Assembly: GCA_002633005.1 (NCBI GenBank)
Contig: NMRA01000133.1
Span: 6,380-70,379, forward strand
Direction of reading: 5' to 3'
DNA: 64,000 bases
Source of the DNA: Phoronis australis
Lineage: Eukaryota > Animalia > Phoronida
The translations under genes and the position numbers were made by a program. Each line of letters begins with the position of its first letter. Position 1 is the stretch's first letter. Below, piece by piece: positions 62,001 through 64,000 of this stretch. The notes beneath the pieces were generated by a model. That model saw only the letters and a program-made list of their open reading frames with translations. It made no database searches and was not told the origin of the DNA.

Positions 62001-64000
62001 ATTAAAGAAGGCATCGTCAATTTCTTTACTGAATGAAAAACGATCTACCTTTTGGAGTCATTTTCTATGAATTTAGACACAACTATTTTATATTTTTCAG
62101 TCACCAAATATGTTGCTTCACATTACTCAAAAATACGTCCATCAACCACTATTATTCGACGTTTAGGAATTCAATTTCATCACCAGCAAAATGAAATAAG
62201 GTCTTTGCAGTTCCTTTATGCACAGAATATAAGACGAAATGACTCGATTCTTTTTAAATTGCAACAATAACTTTGGAATTAAACACAACCTTCTTCTGCT
62301 CGTGTCTCAAAGTAAAAGAACACAGTATTATTACACGGCCACTGATTCTTGTGTCCTGTTATTGGCCAAAACGTGCTACGATAACTTCCATTATGAAGTA
62401 ATGTTGACCACGCTGGCCGTGGAATATCACTTTTTATTCATGCCGGCTGCGTGTCGGTCATTATCACATTTTCGGAGCCTGAAAAGCAACATACCGATTT
62501 CAATGAAACTCAATAATCATGTAACACTCGGCCCATATTTGATTTGTATATTGTCTCTCAAGATCACGCATAGATTCATCACTACCTGAGCAATTCATTG
62601 TCTGTCATTTGATTCGTATCAATATCCGATTTAAAATCAAAGTATATGGTGTCCATAAACGTCATTCTTTATCGCTTTCATTTGCATATTCCATTTAACT
62701 CAAAAGTGGTTCGTTCTTTTTTCTTAGTTTTTCTGTTTGACGCACTTCTAAGAACGGCGATCGTGACGCGTCGCATGATTTTCAGATCAAAATGGTCAGA
62801 CAAATCTTTCAAAACAAGTACAAATCAACGTCGACAAATTTGAATCCCTTGAAAGCAGATTGCCTGATTGACGCTAAGCCACTGTCTTTTCGTTGAACTT
62901 TGACGGGTCTATTTAATACCGAGAACAAAAATGCGTAATTAAAACGTTCTCAAAGTGGTTGGCTTTCCTTTTCGTTTTCGTTGAACTTGATGAAACTAGT
63001 CATAACAATTAAAATTAAATTTCATAAAATATCTCTCCAAATTATGGTCTTTCAACAAGTCATAGAAGTTTTTCAAAAATGGAGAACGCTTACTTTAATT
63101 TGTGAACTTCTCCTTGTTGTGAATCAGGAATTCAGAAATTCAGTTTTCAGGGTGCCAAGAACACCCATATGCCATGCAAACCTTTGAAAATCGATAAAAC
63201 CGAGGTGGGCCTGAACTTTATGAAATGACTTTACAATAGCATTTCTTTCGGTTGAGGAAAATCACTTGACATTTCAATAAGTTAAAGGAAATTGTTGTCT
63301 TTAAATTCCAATTCGTGACAACTCGGACTGCAGAGCATTTTCGAAAATTTAAAGTCAATGCGTTCCTGTTAGCCATGACAATAGTATTCAAGACATGTAG
63401 CCGAAACGTGTAAACAGGCAAAGAAACTGGACGATTTTAATGACTTTTCCATTTCTCTAATCATGAGCGACAAGAAAAAGAGGTAAAAATCATTTCCGCT
63501 TTTTCACTTCACAGACAGACAATTTCGACATAAAAACGTCACAGTGTGGCGCGCTGAGCAGGTCAGAGTTTTAAAGTCGTCGAGACGGTTGTTAAACAAA
63601 AGAGCGATGCAGTGCCTAAGACGCAAACCATAATCATTCGCGTTATTATTATCAAGTCTTATTCCATTACGACTATACGGCTTAGGTCTGTTTGACCAAG
63701 ATATCACACAAATGGCTGCCTATCTAAATTAATGGCATATTTGTTTTGTTTTAATGTGGCAAAATCGGCGGCTTGAATCGCCAGTAAATAAGAAGATCAT
63801 ATTTGTTTCGTCTCGGAAATGATACAGACTCGAGTTTATGGCTTGGATAATGAGAGATAGTGCCGTAGAGTGCGATTAGAAGGAATGGCGGTGTGTCAAG
63901 CATCGTAAACCGTAGGAAAGTATTCTAGAAGTGAAAATTCCCAAATGGAAAAAATCATTAGACTAGAACGAGTTTGTCAAGAAGTTTAATTTGGTAATAA

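Noticed and set aside
59420-64000. Short ORFs upstream of dachshund
   Set aside because: Random-length ORFs in AT-rich DNA with no homology or splice support; likely regulatory or intergenic. The TSS cannot be placed from sequence alone.

Overview
Animal (invertebrate-like, AT-rich, spliceosomal introns) genomic DNA; no prokaryotic features. Two complete spliced genes can be rebuilt on the minus strand with consistent GT-AG boundaries and reading phase. One is dachshund (9 coding exons, 59053->32379, ~515 aa, ~16 kb first intron). The other is TMEM33/Kr-h2 (7 coding exons, 22077->16307, 266 aa), whose third intron has U12 minor-spliceosome signals. Between them is an intronless 166-aa single-TM orphan ORF with a CRE/TATA cluster and a polyA signal. 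The first 14.5 kb holds two decayed Ty3/Gypsy LTR retrotransposons with nested insertions; MITE-like and tRNA-derived repeats, microsatellites and two N gaps are scattered throughout. The most notable oddities are a perfect 40-bp duplication of the last dachshund splice acceptor that opens an alternative C-terminus, and an 18-25 bp palindrome found twice with 7-bp target-site duplications. No clearly new multi-gene system is supported; all calls come from reading the sequence and recalled homology, without database searches.
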